64,000 nt of DNA from Octopus bimaculoides (taxonomy: Eukaryota): positions 191,236,834 to 191,300,833 of the forward strand of contig NC_068981.1 of NCBI RefSeq assembly GCF_001194135.2. The letters run 5' to 3'. The notes under the pieces were generated by a model. It did no database searches, had not been told where the DNA came from, and saw nothing but the letters and a program-made list of their open reading frames with translations. A program made the position numbers and the translations under genes. This document shows, piece after piece, positions 63,670 to 64,000 of this stretch (positions within the stretch are counted from its first letter, which is position 1; every line of letters begins with the position of its first letter).

Positions 63670-64000
63670 GCATGGAAGCCAGCCAGCTGCTCTGGCAATG
63701 ATCACGCTCAGATGGTAGAGCGCTAAGGGCGTGATTGTTGCCAGAGCAGCTAACTGGCTTCCGTGCCGGTGGCACGTAAAAAGCACCATTCGAGCATGAT
63801 CGTTACCAGCATCGTTTTACTGGCACTTGTGCTGGTGGCACATGAAAAAATATTCGAGCAAGGTCGTTGCCAGTGCTGCTGGACTGGCTCCTGTGCAGGT
63901 GGCACATAAAAACACCCTCCTGTGCAGGTGGCACGTAAAAAACACCATTTGAGCATGGCCATTGCCAGTACCACCTGACTGGCCCTCATGCCGGTGGCAT
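63670..64000 (+). mobile_element. Family C (RTE 3'UTR) with at least 4 hairpin modules, running off the window
   Basis: Same module order as 17400-17590, plus an extra upstream module and an internal partial duplication. Confidence 0.85.

Noticed and set aside
52198-64000. Search for the next cadherin exon (expected to begin near A.D.G)
   Set aside because: No splice-consistent phase-0 exon with cadherin motifs was found by eye. It is probably beyond the window or inside a gap.

Overview
AT-rich, microsatellite-dense animal genomic DNA with several N-gaps. The SINE/LINE families look like those of octopus, so a cephalopod source is inferred from recognition, not from a search. One protein-coding gene is supported. 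It is a + strand cadherin-repeat gene with four exons (14210-14907, 19147-19245, 37992-38172, 52103-52197), canonical AG/GT sites and matching phases across introns of 4.2, 18.7 and 13.9 kb. The spliced protein reads: signal-peptide tail, Ser/Thr-rich pro-like region, EC1, then most of EC2. The EC1-EC2 Ca2+-binding linker has acidic residues replaced by basic ones. The gene's 5' start is unresolved and its 3' end is probably beyond the window. Almost all other ORF-track entries are repeat or microsatellite artefacts. The rest of the window is a patchwork of mobile-element remnants: tRNA-derived SINEs, 5'-truncated RTE LINE ends with modular hairpin 3'UTRs, CR1-group LINE fragments, a dead DD37D (maT) transposase, a double-3'-end mariner element, and hAT, piggyBac-like and Tc1/mariner MITEs with TSDs. 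The most notable hidden signal is six minimal type-I hammerhead-ribozyme motifs from three Penelope-type families. Four of them sit as mirror pairs in 142-bp and 207-bp foldbacks. In both pairs the gene-sense copy is damaged and the antisense copy keeps the core. Several other long foldbacks would make this pre-mRNA rich in dsRNA. Repeat boundaries without a TSD are approximate.
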